A DNA stretch of 64,000 bases from Octopus sinensis (lineage: Eukaryota), in contig NC_043003.1 of NCBI RefSeq assembly GCF_006345805.1, forward strand, positions 95,170,001 to 95,234,000. Direction: 5' to 3'. A program made the position numbers and the translations under genes. The first letter of the stretch is position 1. The number at the start of each line of letters is the position of its first letter. This document shows, piece after piece, positions 37,151 to 48,854 of this stretch. The notes below the pieces were generated by a model that saw nothing but the letters and a program-made list of their open reading frames with translations, ran no database searches and was not told the DNA's origin.

Positions 37151-39982
37151 CCTTCTTGTGATGCTGTAGTCAGAACAGTTTAGAACAAAATAAGAAAAAG
37201 ATGAGCAATGAGTCAAACAAAGACTGGCATTTGGTCAGTTATGACTAGGGTACCAGTTGATCTGATCAATGGAACAGCCTGCTCATGAGATTAATGTGTA
37301 AGTGGCTGAGCACTCCACAGACACGCATACTCCTTCACATACTTCTTAGGGAGATTCAGCATGACAATGTGACGAGGGTGGCCCTTTGAATTACAGGTAC
37401 TACTCATTTTCTAGTTGAACAAACTGGAACAATGTAAAATAAAGTGCTTAGCTCAATGACTCAATGTGCCACCAGGAATCGAACTCATGATCCTAAGATC
37501 ATGAGTTGAACACCCTAACCACTAAGCCATGTGCCTTCATTACCAATGGTTAAAAGAATATTGGTGTAACTTACAAATTAAAACAATTGGCCAAATATTC
37601 TTGGGAGCAGTGCACAAGAAAAAAAAAACATGTCTGTTGTGGAATTCAGCTGCCCTCTTGATACCAGTTTGGTTAGAAAACTTCAAGACTAAAATTTCGT
37701 CTATGGGCCATTGATAAAGAGTTTGCAGATCTGGTCCCCAAGTTCCATTTTCAGTTTCATACCTGTAAAAACTATCTGGAACAAAGTATGGCATAACTTC
37801 AGTTCTTAGGAAATGATTACTACTTAATTCATACATTATAAATAATGTTATCTGGGACAATCAAAGTCTGCAAGACCTTAAAGATTCACAGAATGATAAA
37901 CAAAACAAGATGCTTTCCATCTCAAACTTGCTATCAAGCAGGTGATCAGTCAAAATTAAATCCAATTAAAAAGAGAAAATGAAAAGCAAGCATAAATATG
38001 ACAGGCTTGTTTCAGTTTCCCTCTTCCAAATCTGCTCACAAGGCTTTGGTTGGCCTTGGGCTAATAGTAGTTAATACTTGCCCAAGGGGGTCACATAGTG
38101 GGATTGAAACTGGAACTATATATTTGGGAAGTGAACTTTTTAATTACACAGCAATTCTTGCATTTATGACTCTTTTAGCATAAGACTTTAGTGACAGGCA
38201 GGAAAGACACTCTTACAATATGAACTAAGTCAGTAGAATCTTTCTAAGTTGTTATTTATCGTTGATAGAACATTGCTCTCACAGCATTATGGTTCTATCC
38301 ACATAGAAGTGAATACATAAAATAGGTGTAAATCACAGCTGAACTGTAAAGAACTGTTGTTTTGTTTTTATTTTATAGTTATGGTTCTGTAGTTAAGAAG
38401 TTTACTAAACAATCACATAGTTCCCACTGCAAGACATGTTGGACAAATGAATTCATCCATTGCTTTGGGTTGACCGAGGCCTTGTGAGTGAAAATGTCAA
38501 AACAGAAACTATGTTTATGTAAAGAAAATTGGACCATCCTCACCACAAAAAAAAGCAAAAAAAACAAAAAACAATAACTTAAAAAGTCCGACATATTTGC
38601 TCTGCATCGAGTTACAGAGCACTCCCTTGCTATTCTAATCATCAGAAATTCAGTGAATGACCCATAGGTGTCTTTAGCCAATGACAGTGGATGTAAAATA
38701 AAGCCATACCATTAGATTTGCAGACTCCGGTGAATGAAATTCATTCTTAATTTATTACTAATAAAAAAAAAAAGAACTTCAGTAGTAGTTCAATTCCTTA
38801 TTTAGAAAAGAATATTAAAAAAATTTATTTATTTTCTCATTTTGACACTTTATAAGCAGTGTATAGCGGTTTGACTGTTGCTAATGTGTGAAAACTGCAT
38901 TATACTTTAGAGTTATCTCCCTTGAATTATTAGGGAGCGGCTCTAATGTTTATTGTCAAAGCCTCTTATCTGATGAACTTTTACTTACCGACATGGAATT
39001 ATGAATGCGTTTAATTTACAACAGTTTGACGAAATATTCTTTTACCTGATAGAGGAAGACATTTTAAAGATTTTTTATTTATTACAAATTTACAATGAGG
39101 GAGAATCTCAGCATAGCTACTTGACCTGCTGGAAATAACATCCAAATGACACCCAACTTTCTTAAAATTAGTAAAGACATTGGACAATGTAAATTTAGAT
39201 AAGTCTGAAAAAAGAACGAGCGGGATGGTCACGGCTGGTATGCTTGTCATCATGGGGCTTGCTTGAGGTCGACCCTTTGAACAGTAACTTGCCTAAAACT
39301 GCTTGTATTGCAATGTTAAAAATGAAATATTACTACAAATCTTGGACTGAAGATATTATAATATTTATAATATTATAATATTTCAAGAGGTAAACTGTTG
39401 TCGTTTATTAAGTTGAAGATTATTTCATTTGATTCTTTAATTCTTGACAATTTTGAAAATTAAAATACAAAGTCAGTAGATACTTATGAGACACATACGG
39501 TCACTTACTTTGAGAAAGGCATGAAAAATGTGAGTTCTCTCCCCTGTTGTCCTTAAAATCAAGGTTAATACTGCTAGTCATGAAAATGGAATTTTCGCTG
39601 TTGTTAATCAGATATTGAGCTGGCTGAAACGTTAGCACGCCGGGCGAAATGCTTAGCGGTATTTCGTCTGCCGCTACGTTCTGAGTTCAAATTCCGCCGA
39701 GGTCGACTTTGCCTTTCATCCTTTCGGGGTCGATTAAATAAGTACCAGTTACTCACTGGGATCGATGTAATCGGCTTAATCCGTGTGTTTGCCCTTGTTT
39801 GTCCCCTCTGCGTCTAGCCCCTTGTGGGTAGTAAAGAAATAGATATTCAGTGGGTAGAATATGCTGTGAGCATTATGTCTTTCAAAGAGTTAGTAAATGT
39901 TCCTACATCTTATTGCACATCACCAAATCGGATTTTTTTTTTTATAAAACCAGACTATATTTACAGGAGACGATAGTGCTTT

Positions 39983-40323
39983 TTAGAAATGCCACATCCA
40001 ATACATGATATTGATAAGCAGAGCAGGGACAAATTAAAGAATTGTCAGTGGGGCCCTCTACTCTACAAAAGCTGAAGATTGGTGTTTTATGCTTCGTGTA
40101 GAACGTCAGTTTCAGCCAAAAAGTGTTGGGGGCTTGAAGCTCGACTGTTAGCCACAATGATATACAAAATGTCCTCATAGCCTCCTTCGCTCGAGCGTGT
40201 GCGCGGGGCCTAATTTGATTCTGCCTGTTTGGCTTAAAGCCGGCTCTGTTGGTAAATACGAAAGCTAGAGGGTCAATAAGTCTGCAGTAACGATCAGCTT
40301 CGTTAGTTCTGTTACCATCACTT
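39983..40323 (-). pseudogene. Decayed duplicate of the Cys-loop receptor M4 terminal exon
   Basis: Removing MITE 40019-40248 and one TSD gives SDGNRTNEADRYCRLIDPLAFVFTNIMYWMWHF*, 20/31 aa identical to the true C-terminus and ungapped. Confidence 0.85.
40019..40248. mobile_element. hAT-type MITE
   Basis: Ends CAGAGCAGG..CCGGCTCTG; 8-bp TSD TTGATAAG/TTGGTAAA (6/8 match). Confidence 0.7.
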
Positions 40324-40715
40324 CTTAGAAGATTAAAAGAAGTGAATCGGTTTCAACCATGAATTGAAACCTGTTTTCATAATTTACTTTCCGAACATTT
40401 GCTTCATGTATATAATTTGCTATAAATTATATTCATGTATGTATGTGTGTGTGTGTGTGTGTGTTGTTTCCTTTTAGCTAGGCACAAAATCACATGTTTT
40501 AAAGTGACAGTATGATGTTCATGACTTTCTCTACATGAATGAAATAGCACTCAGTACAGAATAAATAAAAATATTGATGTAGTTATTTATTTTATTTAGT
40601 TTCAGCTCACGAGCAGTGGCCATGCTTAATAAAAAAATATTTTAAAAGTTATATAATAAATGTCTTAAATATGAATATTTCAGAGAGAGAGAGAGAGAGA
40701 GAGCGCTAATAGTGG

Positions 40716-40937
40716 TTAGTAGAAATGCCACATCCAATAGATAATATTACTAAATATGAAAGCTACAGGGAAGATAATTTTGCAGTATTGATCAGCTTTG
40801 TTAATTCTTTTACCAACGTTTTTATTGTCAGCAGCAGCAGCAGTTATTTTGTATTCATCAACATCTCTTTCTGTAACCATTCCGTTTGAAAAGCTATCTT
40901 CTTTGTAACTCGTGTTTGCATGTTCACTCATTGACAA
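40716..40937 (-). CDS. Cys-loop ligand-gated ion channel (GABA-A/GlyR family), last exon (M3-M4 loop and M4)
   Basis: TTCCAG|TTG, phase 0; ..INKADQYCKIIFPVAFIFSNIIYWMWHFY*; minus-strand AATAAA at 40591-40596. Confidence 0.92.
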   Translation of the reverse strand: MSMSEHANTSYKEDSFSNGMVTERDVDEYKITAAAADNKNVGKRINKADQYCKIIFPVAFIFSNIIYWMWHFY

Positions 40938-41879
40938 CTGGAATAATAATAACAACAACAGCAATAAAAACGAATTAAAGATTTATAAAAATATCCTAGG
41001 TTTAGACATTAAAATGTTTTCTAGAAGGCGAAGGTACAACAAATTGTGATTTGTAGTTGAGTTTAGAGACAACCGAATTAATGGCCCTTGATTGGATTTT
41101 GTCCACCACATTTATTGGATACGTGATTGTTTTCCTTGTCTCTTTTTGACAGACAATAAAATTCAGTATCAAAATATACGTTTCCCTTTTAGTGACTCCA
41201 AATTAATTGATAGTCATCATCATCATCATCATTGTATTCCCCTTCCTCTTCCCATCCCCCTCACTTCTACCGTATTCTCTTTCCACTATAATCACATCGT
41301 AGTATATATTTCTCTCAGGACTGACAGTTTCCTTAGATCACTCGTCCTTTCTATCAATACATCTGCCTCTCCATTCGCTGATCCTTGTAATATGAAACTC
41401 ATTTTCCACAAACAGAACAAATCAAACTAGAACATGAAACCGTATCACTCCAATTTTTATATATTTAATACAAAATTATCTTTGGGATTTTTATTTCTCA
41501 ATTAAAAAGCACAAAGAATGCGTGTAATGACGGCTGTTTCGGATAGGACGACATGGAAGAGATACTCCCATAACTTTCCCAGGAATAGTAAGCAGAGAAA
41601 ATGGATGGTTGGATGGATAGAACTACTCTTTAGCATTCAGATTACTCTGCCAAATGTAATGCTCATTTATTCATGTTGTTTTGAATTAATCAAGCATTAT
41701 CTTGTAGCTTCGAAATTCTGATAACGAGACTGCTTCTTAGAATAACTTTGCAGGGCAGTTATGAGGGACCTGTCTGGCCAATTTTAACATAAAACATAAA
41801 ACAATAGTTTGGATCAGATATACTCGGTTTAAATGCTAAAGAGTTACAAATCAAAATTTAGATTCAAATTTTTACTTAC

Positions 41880-42244
41880 TGAATCGTGTGATGTTTGGTT
41901 GTTAGTAGTTTTTAATTTTGCATTGGAAGTTCTTGAATGGTTAAGTAAAATGAATTCGATTAAGGCTGAGAAGACGAAGATGAGACATATAATAAGCCAT
42001 ATATCAATTCCAAGCATTCCTGTTGCAAAATAGTGTTTTGCTGGATGTAGGCTGGAGTTATGAGTTATAAGAGTGAGTAAGGTGATCAAACCGAGGGACA
42101 TACGGGCTGCAGTGCTTTCAGTGTCAATCCAAAATGACAAACCGCCAACAACCACTAAGATAGTGCTGGTAAAATAGATTGCCAAGATTTGTAAACTGAA
42201 TTTCCTTTGTAAATGCAAAGAGGCTTCAATCTGGGACCAGTTCT
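41880..42244 (-). CDS. Cys-loop channel exon: loop C end and M1-M3
   Basis: TTTCAG|AG..TCA|GTAAGT, 365 nt; [77 protein letters not shown]. Confidence 0.95.
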
Positions 42245-42261
42245 CTGAAAAAGGACATTAG

Positions 42262-42344
<83 letters not shown>

Positions 42345-42358
42345 CATACATACATACA

Positions 42359-42393
<35 letters not shown>

Positions 42394-42627
42394 TAAAATA
42401 AGCAACAAGGATATCCAAAGGTAGTGTAGTACAATCGTTTCATGCTACTTCATTTAATTAAACAATGTAAGTATTACATCACTTTTAAAATGTAGAGCAA
42501 TCTTCAGCCACATATGGAATTTTAAAAAAATTAAATTGACAATGTTCATTTTTATACTTATTCCATTTGCCAACATTACAAAGATGGTAGGTATATAGAC
42601 AGAGAGGTGAATTCCGTCAGTAAAAAC

Positions 42628-42780
<153 letters not shown>

Positions 42781-42829
42781 CATGCGTGCACGGGCTTGTG
42801 TGCATGCATATGTGTGTATATATATAATT

Positions 42830-42976
42830 TCTGTCTCCGTTTATTTCTCTGTGTTCCTTTCTGTTGAAGAGCGTAGGCGCGAAACTTAAAAGACTTTCTC
42901 TCCTTTCCGAGCGTCAAACTAAACACCCGCTTGTTGTTTATACACCTGTCTTCTTTTGTTCTTCAGTAAATTTCAA

Positions 42977-43010
<34 letters not shown>

Positions 43011-43210
43011 AATTGCAGCGTGGAAGATGTTTGTAAGTCATTTAAGAAACACACAAAAGCCGTTCGATTCACTCCAACATTTAAGTTTAATTTGTCAAAA
43101 TATTTTCGTCGCTTTAAGACCGCGACCTGTTCACTGACAAAAATCCGTAGCACGCTGCAATTGTTTTCGTTTCAGCACACGATCTCAGATCAAATCACTT
43201 GCTATGCAAG
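42830..43210 (+). mobile_element. Penelope-type terminal repeat family (copies also about 47590-47770 + and 50290-50510 -)
   Basis: Shared GAAGAGCGTAGGCTCGAAAC-like core in three copies; Penelope assignment is inferred from the hammerhead-like motif. Confidence 0.5.
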
Positions 43211-43217
43211 TACATCT

Positions 43218-43255
<38 letters not shown>

Positions 43256-43278
43256 AATGCTACCCTTATATTGATTAA

Positions 43279-43322
<44 letters not shown>

Positions 43323-43499
43323 CATATGTAAGTGTGTGTGTATGTGTGTGAAGATAGATATAGATACATGCATGCATACATATATTTATACATAGAAGCA
43401 TACATATACATACATACGTACGTACAGGCAAACAGACAGAGCAGATCTAATTTTTTTTGTGGGACAAGGTACATAAGTCGTGCAATGTAGAGGTAAGCT

Positions 43500-43780
43500 G
43501 CCCAGCAGATGTGAGTGTACAAAAAAAATCTCCAGGAAAAAGAATGCATTTATGACGAATTAATGCGGAACTTACAGCTCTTGTACCCTGAATATACGTT
43601 CTCATTTGTAGCCATCATCATATGTGCACTAGATTATGTGCCTACAGAGTTACACCAAGCCCTAGAAATATTAGGTTTTTCAAAGAAAGAGCAATAGAAA
43701 CTGATGCAGATTCTACGAATCCAAACTATTAGTGACTCAGTGACGATTTGTAAGACATTCCAAATATTCTTTGTCTGAGA
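43500..43780 (+). mobile_element. 3' end relic of an RLE-type LINE
   Basis: YDELMRNLQLLYPEYTFSFVAIIICALDYVP..ICKTF. Confidence 0.55.
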
Positions 43781-44039
43781 TTCTTTTCGTGAATTGATGC
43801 CCACACCTGAGTGTGTGCATCAATTGTTCAACCAACCCACAAACTCAACCACATGTTTACAAACACCAGGAAATCTCTTTACTCGAAAAGTCTTGTCGCT
43901 TTGTTAGCGACCATCCATCCATGCATGCATGCATGCATCCATCCATCCATTCATCCATCCATCCATACATCCACATACATACTTACATACATTCATGCAT
44001 ACATACATACATACGTACGTACGTACTTATATTCATTCA

Positions 44040-44270
44040 TTCATACATACATATATACATACATACACATACATACATACATACATAAATACATACATAC
44101 ATACATAGATACGTACATACGTACATACATACATACATACATACATACATACGCACATACATACATACATACATACATACATACATACATACATACATAC
44201 ATACATACATACATACGTACATACATACGTACGTACGTACGCATACATACATACATGCATGCATACATGA
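44040..44270. repeat. (TACA)n microsatellite; other long TA/CA/AAT tracts at 42268-42400, 42630-42780, 56045-56150, 56627-56690, 57270-57350
   Basis: Direct inspection. Confidence 0.95.
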
Positions 44271-45939
44271 TAGCTTTCAACTCATCAAGGGGTGTGGCCA
44301 TCACTGGTAAATTGTCGTATCGTAAATGTTAAAGATGATGGTTGTCATCGTATGTCCATGCTGCAACTTAAAATCTCTAACAGGTTTGTGGCTTTGCAAT
44401 GAGGCGGATGTTATTTCGAAATTTCCTTCTCCAAGAGGGATATATCTACATAAAGACTAAGAGTCTCTTCAGCTGTTGGGTGATTGTTAGCTCTACTCTA
44501 TTCATCCGTCCTTTGATAGGTTGGTTTTGTGTTTCAAAATGCAGGTTGTCCAACGAAAATCATCCTTGTTACCAAAATGCATTTCGGGTTGCCAGTTTAG
44601 TCATCGTCAGCGTGGCCATGAACAGTTTGTACTGTGTTGCATGTTGCCAGTAGCACTAAAAGTGACCTGATATGAGATGCATACACACGCACGCACACAC
44701 TCACACACACACATACACAAACACGCACACACACAAACACAAACACGCACACACACAAACACAAACACACACACACACACACGCCAACACACACACACAA
44801 TGACAAAAACACACACACACGCAGGCACGCACACATGCAGGCACGCACACACCCACTCATAAACACACAAGAGCATTTTACAATCAAAATCCCTTACCGG
44901 AAATGGCTTAATAACATACAGTTAAAATTGGTTATAACTGCACCCTTAACACGAAGAAGACCCTTTCACACTAATTAAATACATCATCTGAAGATAGTTA
45001 TTTATGTAGAGATCCTGGAGCGAGCCCCACTGAATAAAGCTTGTTATATTGAGGCCTGCATTTACAAGGCTGAGAGCATATTGACAGATACTAACACACT
45101 ATTATATGGAGGTCTCGCAGAGCAATCCTTGGAGCCAAGATTTAGCGGCCGTATCGCCTCATGCAGATACATGTAACATGATAAATGTAACATCATAAAG
45201 CTTGCAAATTATACGTGATAGTTAAAGGAGAATGAAATAGTATATTATATCACCAAGAAGATTGCTGAGAAAGAGCACAATCCTGAAAATCTCAAGGAAA
45301 GCGGGATTATACTTCAATGCTAAAACGGGGAATTTCAGTCCTTGCACACATGAGACAAAATTTATTCACAGATATTGGAGCACCCATCCATAAGACTATC
45401 CATCCTCTGTAACTTAATATTTCTTTTACTTTCTATTGTTTCTTTGTGTGTGTGTGTGTTTGTATTTGTGTTTCTCCCCATGCCATATCGCGACAATCGG
45501 TGCTGACTCGCTTACCTTCCCGTAACTAAGCAGTCTGGCAAAAGTGAAAGATAAATAAGTACCAGACTTTAAAAAATAATTACTTGAATCGATTTATTCT
45601 AGAACACTCTTTAAGGTGGAGTCCCGGCTTGGCTGCAGTCCATTGAGTGAAGCAAGTAGCAGATACAAAAATCCAATGCATTGAATTCCTCTGCTTATAC
45701 ATCTGCGACAGTGATTCTAGTTTTTCGGAACTAAGTGGATGTGTACTAGGCCCATCTTCGTGTCTTTCACTTGCATCCTTAACAACCCTCATACTATCTA
45801 ACAAGGGAACATCTGTTTAAGATTGCTTGACCTTCTAGAATTAGCAGTTAAATTTCCATCGAATTTTAATCATCTTTCTCAAAAAGGGTAAGGATTTATT
45901 GTACAATGTAGCCCTAGAGACTCCAAAACTCATGACAGT

Positions 45940-46180
45940 GGAGGCGCGTGGCTTAATGGTTAGGGTGTTGGACTCATGATCGTAAGATTGTGGTTCCGAT
46001 TCCTGGACCGTTCTTGAGCAAAGCACTTCATTTCATGTTGCTCCATTCCACTCAGCTGGCAAAAATGAGTAATCCTGCGACGGACTCGCGTCCCGTTCAG
46101 GTGCGGAATATATACGCAATGAAACCTGGAAACCGGCCCTTATGAGTCTGATAACCCGAGAAGGTAACTTTACCTTACTT
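45940..46180 (+). mobile_element. tRNA-derived SINE, family D
   Basis: GGAGGCGCGTGGCTTAATGG..GGTTCCGATTCCTGG head; CCTGCGACGGACTCGCGTCCCGTTCAGG resembles V/Meta-type central domains. Confidence 0.65.
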
Positions 46181-46855
46181 TACAAACTCATGACAAGACA
46201 TGTTGGTTATAGTTGGAATGCTTTTTATAGGGCTGACCTAGGAACTAAACTATATATATACAAGAAGAAACAAAAGCAGTAACAAATAATTTGCGCCTTG
46301 TACAAAACTATTTTTCTAATACTACTTCATTTGCTTTGCGATCTTCTGTAACCTTTGTCATAAGTACACTTTCTTTTAGATATCAGCTGTAATGATTCTT
46401 CTTGTCGAGGACAGACGGGAAAGATTTAACCATTGTCTTAATTAATTATACTAAATACAAACGATAATAAAATTAATCTCATTCAGTTAACTGCTGATTT
46501 ATTCAACTAATGAAAGTGACTTTATTCAACTTTATCTGTTGCATATTTATGGTTTCACAGACTATCCTTCGTTGCTATATATACATATATTGCCGGAGTA
46601 GTATCTTGTTTGTTTGCTTTTGTGTGTGTGTGTACACATCCCATCTAGACTATCTTTTATTTGACGACAAAACTCTTTTGTTACCACCAATAGTAGAAAT
46701 TCTCTTATATTCTTTCAACCCTCACCCACTCTACTCACTTTCTTTTATTACTGAATCCACTTCAATCAGCTATGATATAACCTAGATAAATACGGGGTAA
46801 TTATTTATCTATCTAGGAAGTAATACGATAATCATAGGCTATGAGCCAACCTTAT

Positions 46856-46887
<32 letters not shown>

Positions 46888-47247
46888 TGTATGTATGTAT
46901 TATGTATGTATGTATGTATGTATGTATTATAAAAAAAAAGAGATTTGATGACATGGTCATAGATAACTTATGTAGCTTTTTTCATAAATAGAAGGATTTC
47001 TCAACTGCTGATCCGTCATATTTAGTACAAGATTGGGGGAATGGAAATTGGGATTGTAGTGTCCATATGTTTCCCACTGCCGTTAGTGAATTAAGTCAAA
47101 TAGCAAGAAACATGAAATAAACCTGCCTTACAAACATAGTTTACTACAAGCTTACCACACCACCTAGGTATCACAACTTATAACCCACATTCTACAAAGT
47201 CACCTCAGCAATTTTAAAATCGAAAAATAAAAGAAAGAAAAACGTAC

Positions 47248-47385
47248 GTCCAAACTGAGTGGTATTTTCTTCCGTTAGTTTAATTTTCGCCAAATCAAAA
47301 TTAAATATTTCCAGTTTATCCAAAGATTTCTGCCAGTCTGTGTTTGATTCCCATTTAACTTGTACTTCTTCAACAGGATAATAAA
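47248..47385 (-). CDS. Cys-loop channel exon: loop B to loop C
   Basis: ACCAG|TT..GGAC|GTACGT, 138 nt, phase 1/1; FYYPVEEVQVKWESNTDWQKSLDKLEIFNFDLAKIKLTEENTTQFG. Confidence 0.92.
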
Positions 47386-47768
47386 CTGGTAACACAAGAA
47401 GAAGGAGAAATATGGCTTACAATCAGAATGCCATTCATTTTTAAAATTTCATGTAAGAAAATTAAGCTATAATTTTCATGTTGATGGTTGGTACCAAAAG
47501 CTATTTTGTCACATTATCAAAACATAGAACACAACTGCAGTTTCCCTCAATTTGATGTAATATTATGTGTCAAAGGTCGGCCAAACAGATCCTCTCTATT
47601 TCTTGGAAGAGGGAAACTACATTTTTTTCTCTCTTCATCTATTCTTTCCGTAGAAGAGCATAGGCTCGAAACGTTAAGGATTTCTTCCATTTTTCATGAG
47701 CATCAACCTAATACATCCCGCTTGTGGTTCTTTAACATTCTCTTTGTATTTTCATTATATTTTGAACC

Positions 47769-47799
<31 letters not shown>

Positions 47800-47859
47800 C
47801 ATACATACATACACACGCATGCACACCCACCAACCCACCCACATACACACACACGTACA

Positions 47860-47894
<35 letters not shown>

Positions 47895-47896
<2 letters not shown>

Positions 47897-48118
47897 CACC
47901 TTGATCACCTTAACCGACCAGTCCGTCAAGCGTCCATTTGACACCGCTGGTCACAGCACGCTGTCCATTCCTCTCTGGATCGCGCCCTTCTCATCCACGT
48001 GATCCCAATCGTCCTCCTGAAATCGTAACTCCACCGTCGTGGAGGTCTTCCGGGTGGTCCTTTCCGCTCGCGCGGGTACCACTCGACAACTGCGTGGGTC
48101 CACGGATTATATTGAACT
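47895..48118 (-). mobile_element. GC-rich RTE 3' fragment (different subfamily)
   Basis: WTHAVVEWYPRERKRPPGRPPRRWSYDFRRTIGITWMRRARSREEW (frameshift inferred near KRPP). Confidence 0.75.
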
Positions 48119-48147
48119 CCTGAATATATATATATATATATATATAC

Positions 48148-48229
48148 ACATCACGTTGAAGGCATCGGTTCACGTCCGATCACAGAAGTTAAGCAACATC
48201 GAGCTTAGTGAGTAATTAGATGGTTGACC
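48148..48229 (+). pseudogene. Truncated 5S rRNA pseudogene or 5S-derived fragment
   Basis: TCACGTTGAAGGCATCGGTTCACGTCCGATCACAGAAGTTAAGCAACATCGAGC..GATGGTTGACC matches the metazoan 5S 5'/central part; lacks both termini. Confidence 0.85.
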
Positions 48230-48240
48230 TTATATATATA

Positions 48241-48515
48241 TTTATAAACGACTTATAAACAAGGGCAAAAGAAAACATTTCTAATCCCAAATATGCCGAA
48301 AAAAGACACTTCGTCAATAACCATATAATTCATCACTATAAGTACGCGTCTCGAAGAAAGCCGAAAGAAATTTCTAAAAGATTCCGTTATTACCATATCG
48401 GACCCGATTTCAGAGTTAATTCATAAGAACCTTCTCTATTGACGAAGTGTCTATTTTCGCCATATTTGGCATTAGAAAGTTTTTCTTTTGCCCTTGTTTA
48501 TAAGTTGTTTATAAA
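48241..48515. mobile_element. MITE with about 79-bp TIRs
   Basis: 48241-48319 is the reverse complement of 48437-48515. Confidence 0.85.
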
Positions 48516-48596
48516 TTTAACCTTTAAAGGTAATTTTTCAATATGCTGGCCATTGATAGAATTTTTTCGAAAAATTTTATCCTATATTAGATGTAC

Positions 48597-48630
<34 letters not shown>

Positions 48631-48771
48631 GTGTGTGTGTGTGTGCATGTGTGTGTGTATATGTATGTATGTATGTATGTATCTATCTATCTATCTATCC
48701 ATATATATATATAATATATATATATATATATTATATATATATATATCATTCATATCATTTTTCATACTTAC

Positions 48772-48854
48772 AGCTTTTTATCTTGATGCTACAAATTTGT
48801 CCATCCAGGGGAAATAAGTTGATATGTTTTTGGCATGAAACTGGAAAAATTACT
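48772..48854 (-). CDS. Cys-loop channel exon containing the signature Cys-loop
   Basis: TTTCAG|A..AGCT|GTAAGT, 83 nt; VIFPVSCQKHINLFPLDGQICSIKIKS (C-x13-C with FPxD). Confidence 0.95.

Noticed and set aside
38590-38690. Minus-strand KDTYGSFTEFLMIRIARE resembling a loop C/pre-M1 segment of a second receptor
   Set aside because: No M1-M3 follows and no fitting splice sites; likely chance
47488-47570. Plus-strand HNCSFPQFDVILC resembling a Cys-loop
   Set aside because: Wrong strand and wrong Cys spacing; the true C-x13-C exon is at 48772-48854
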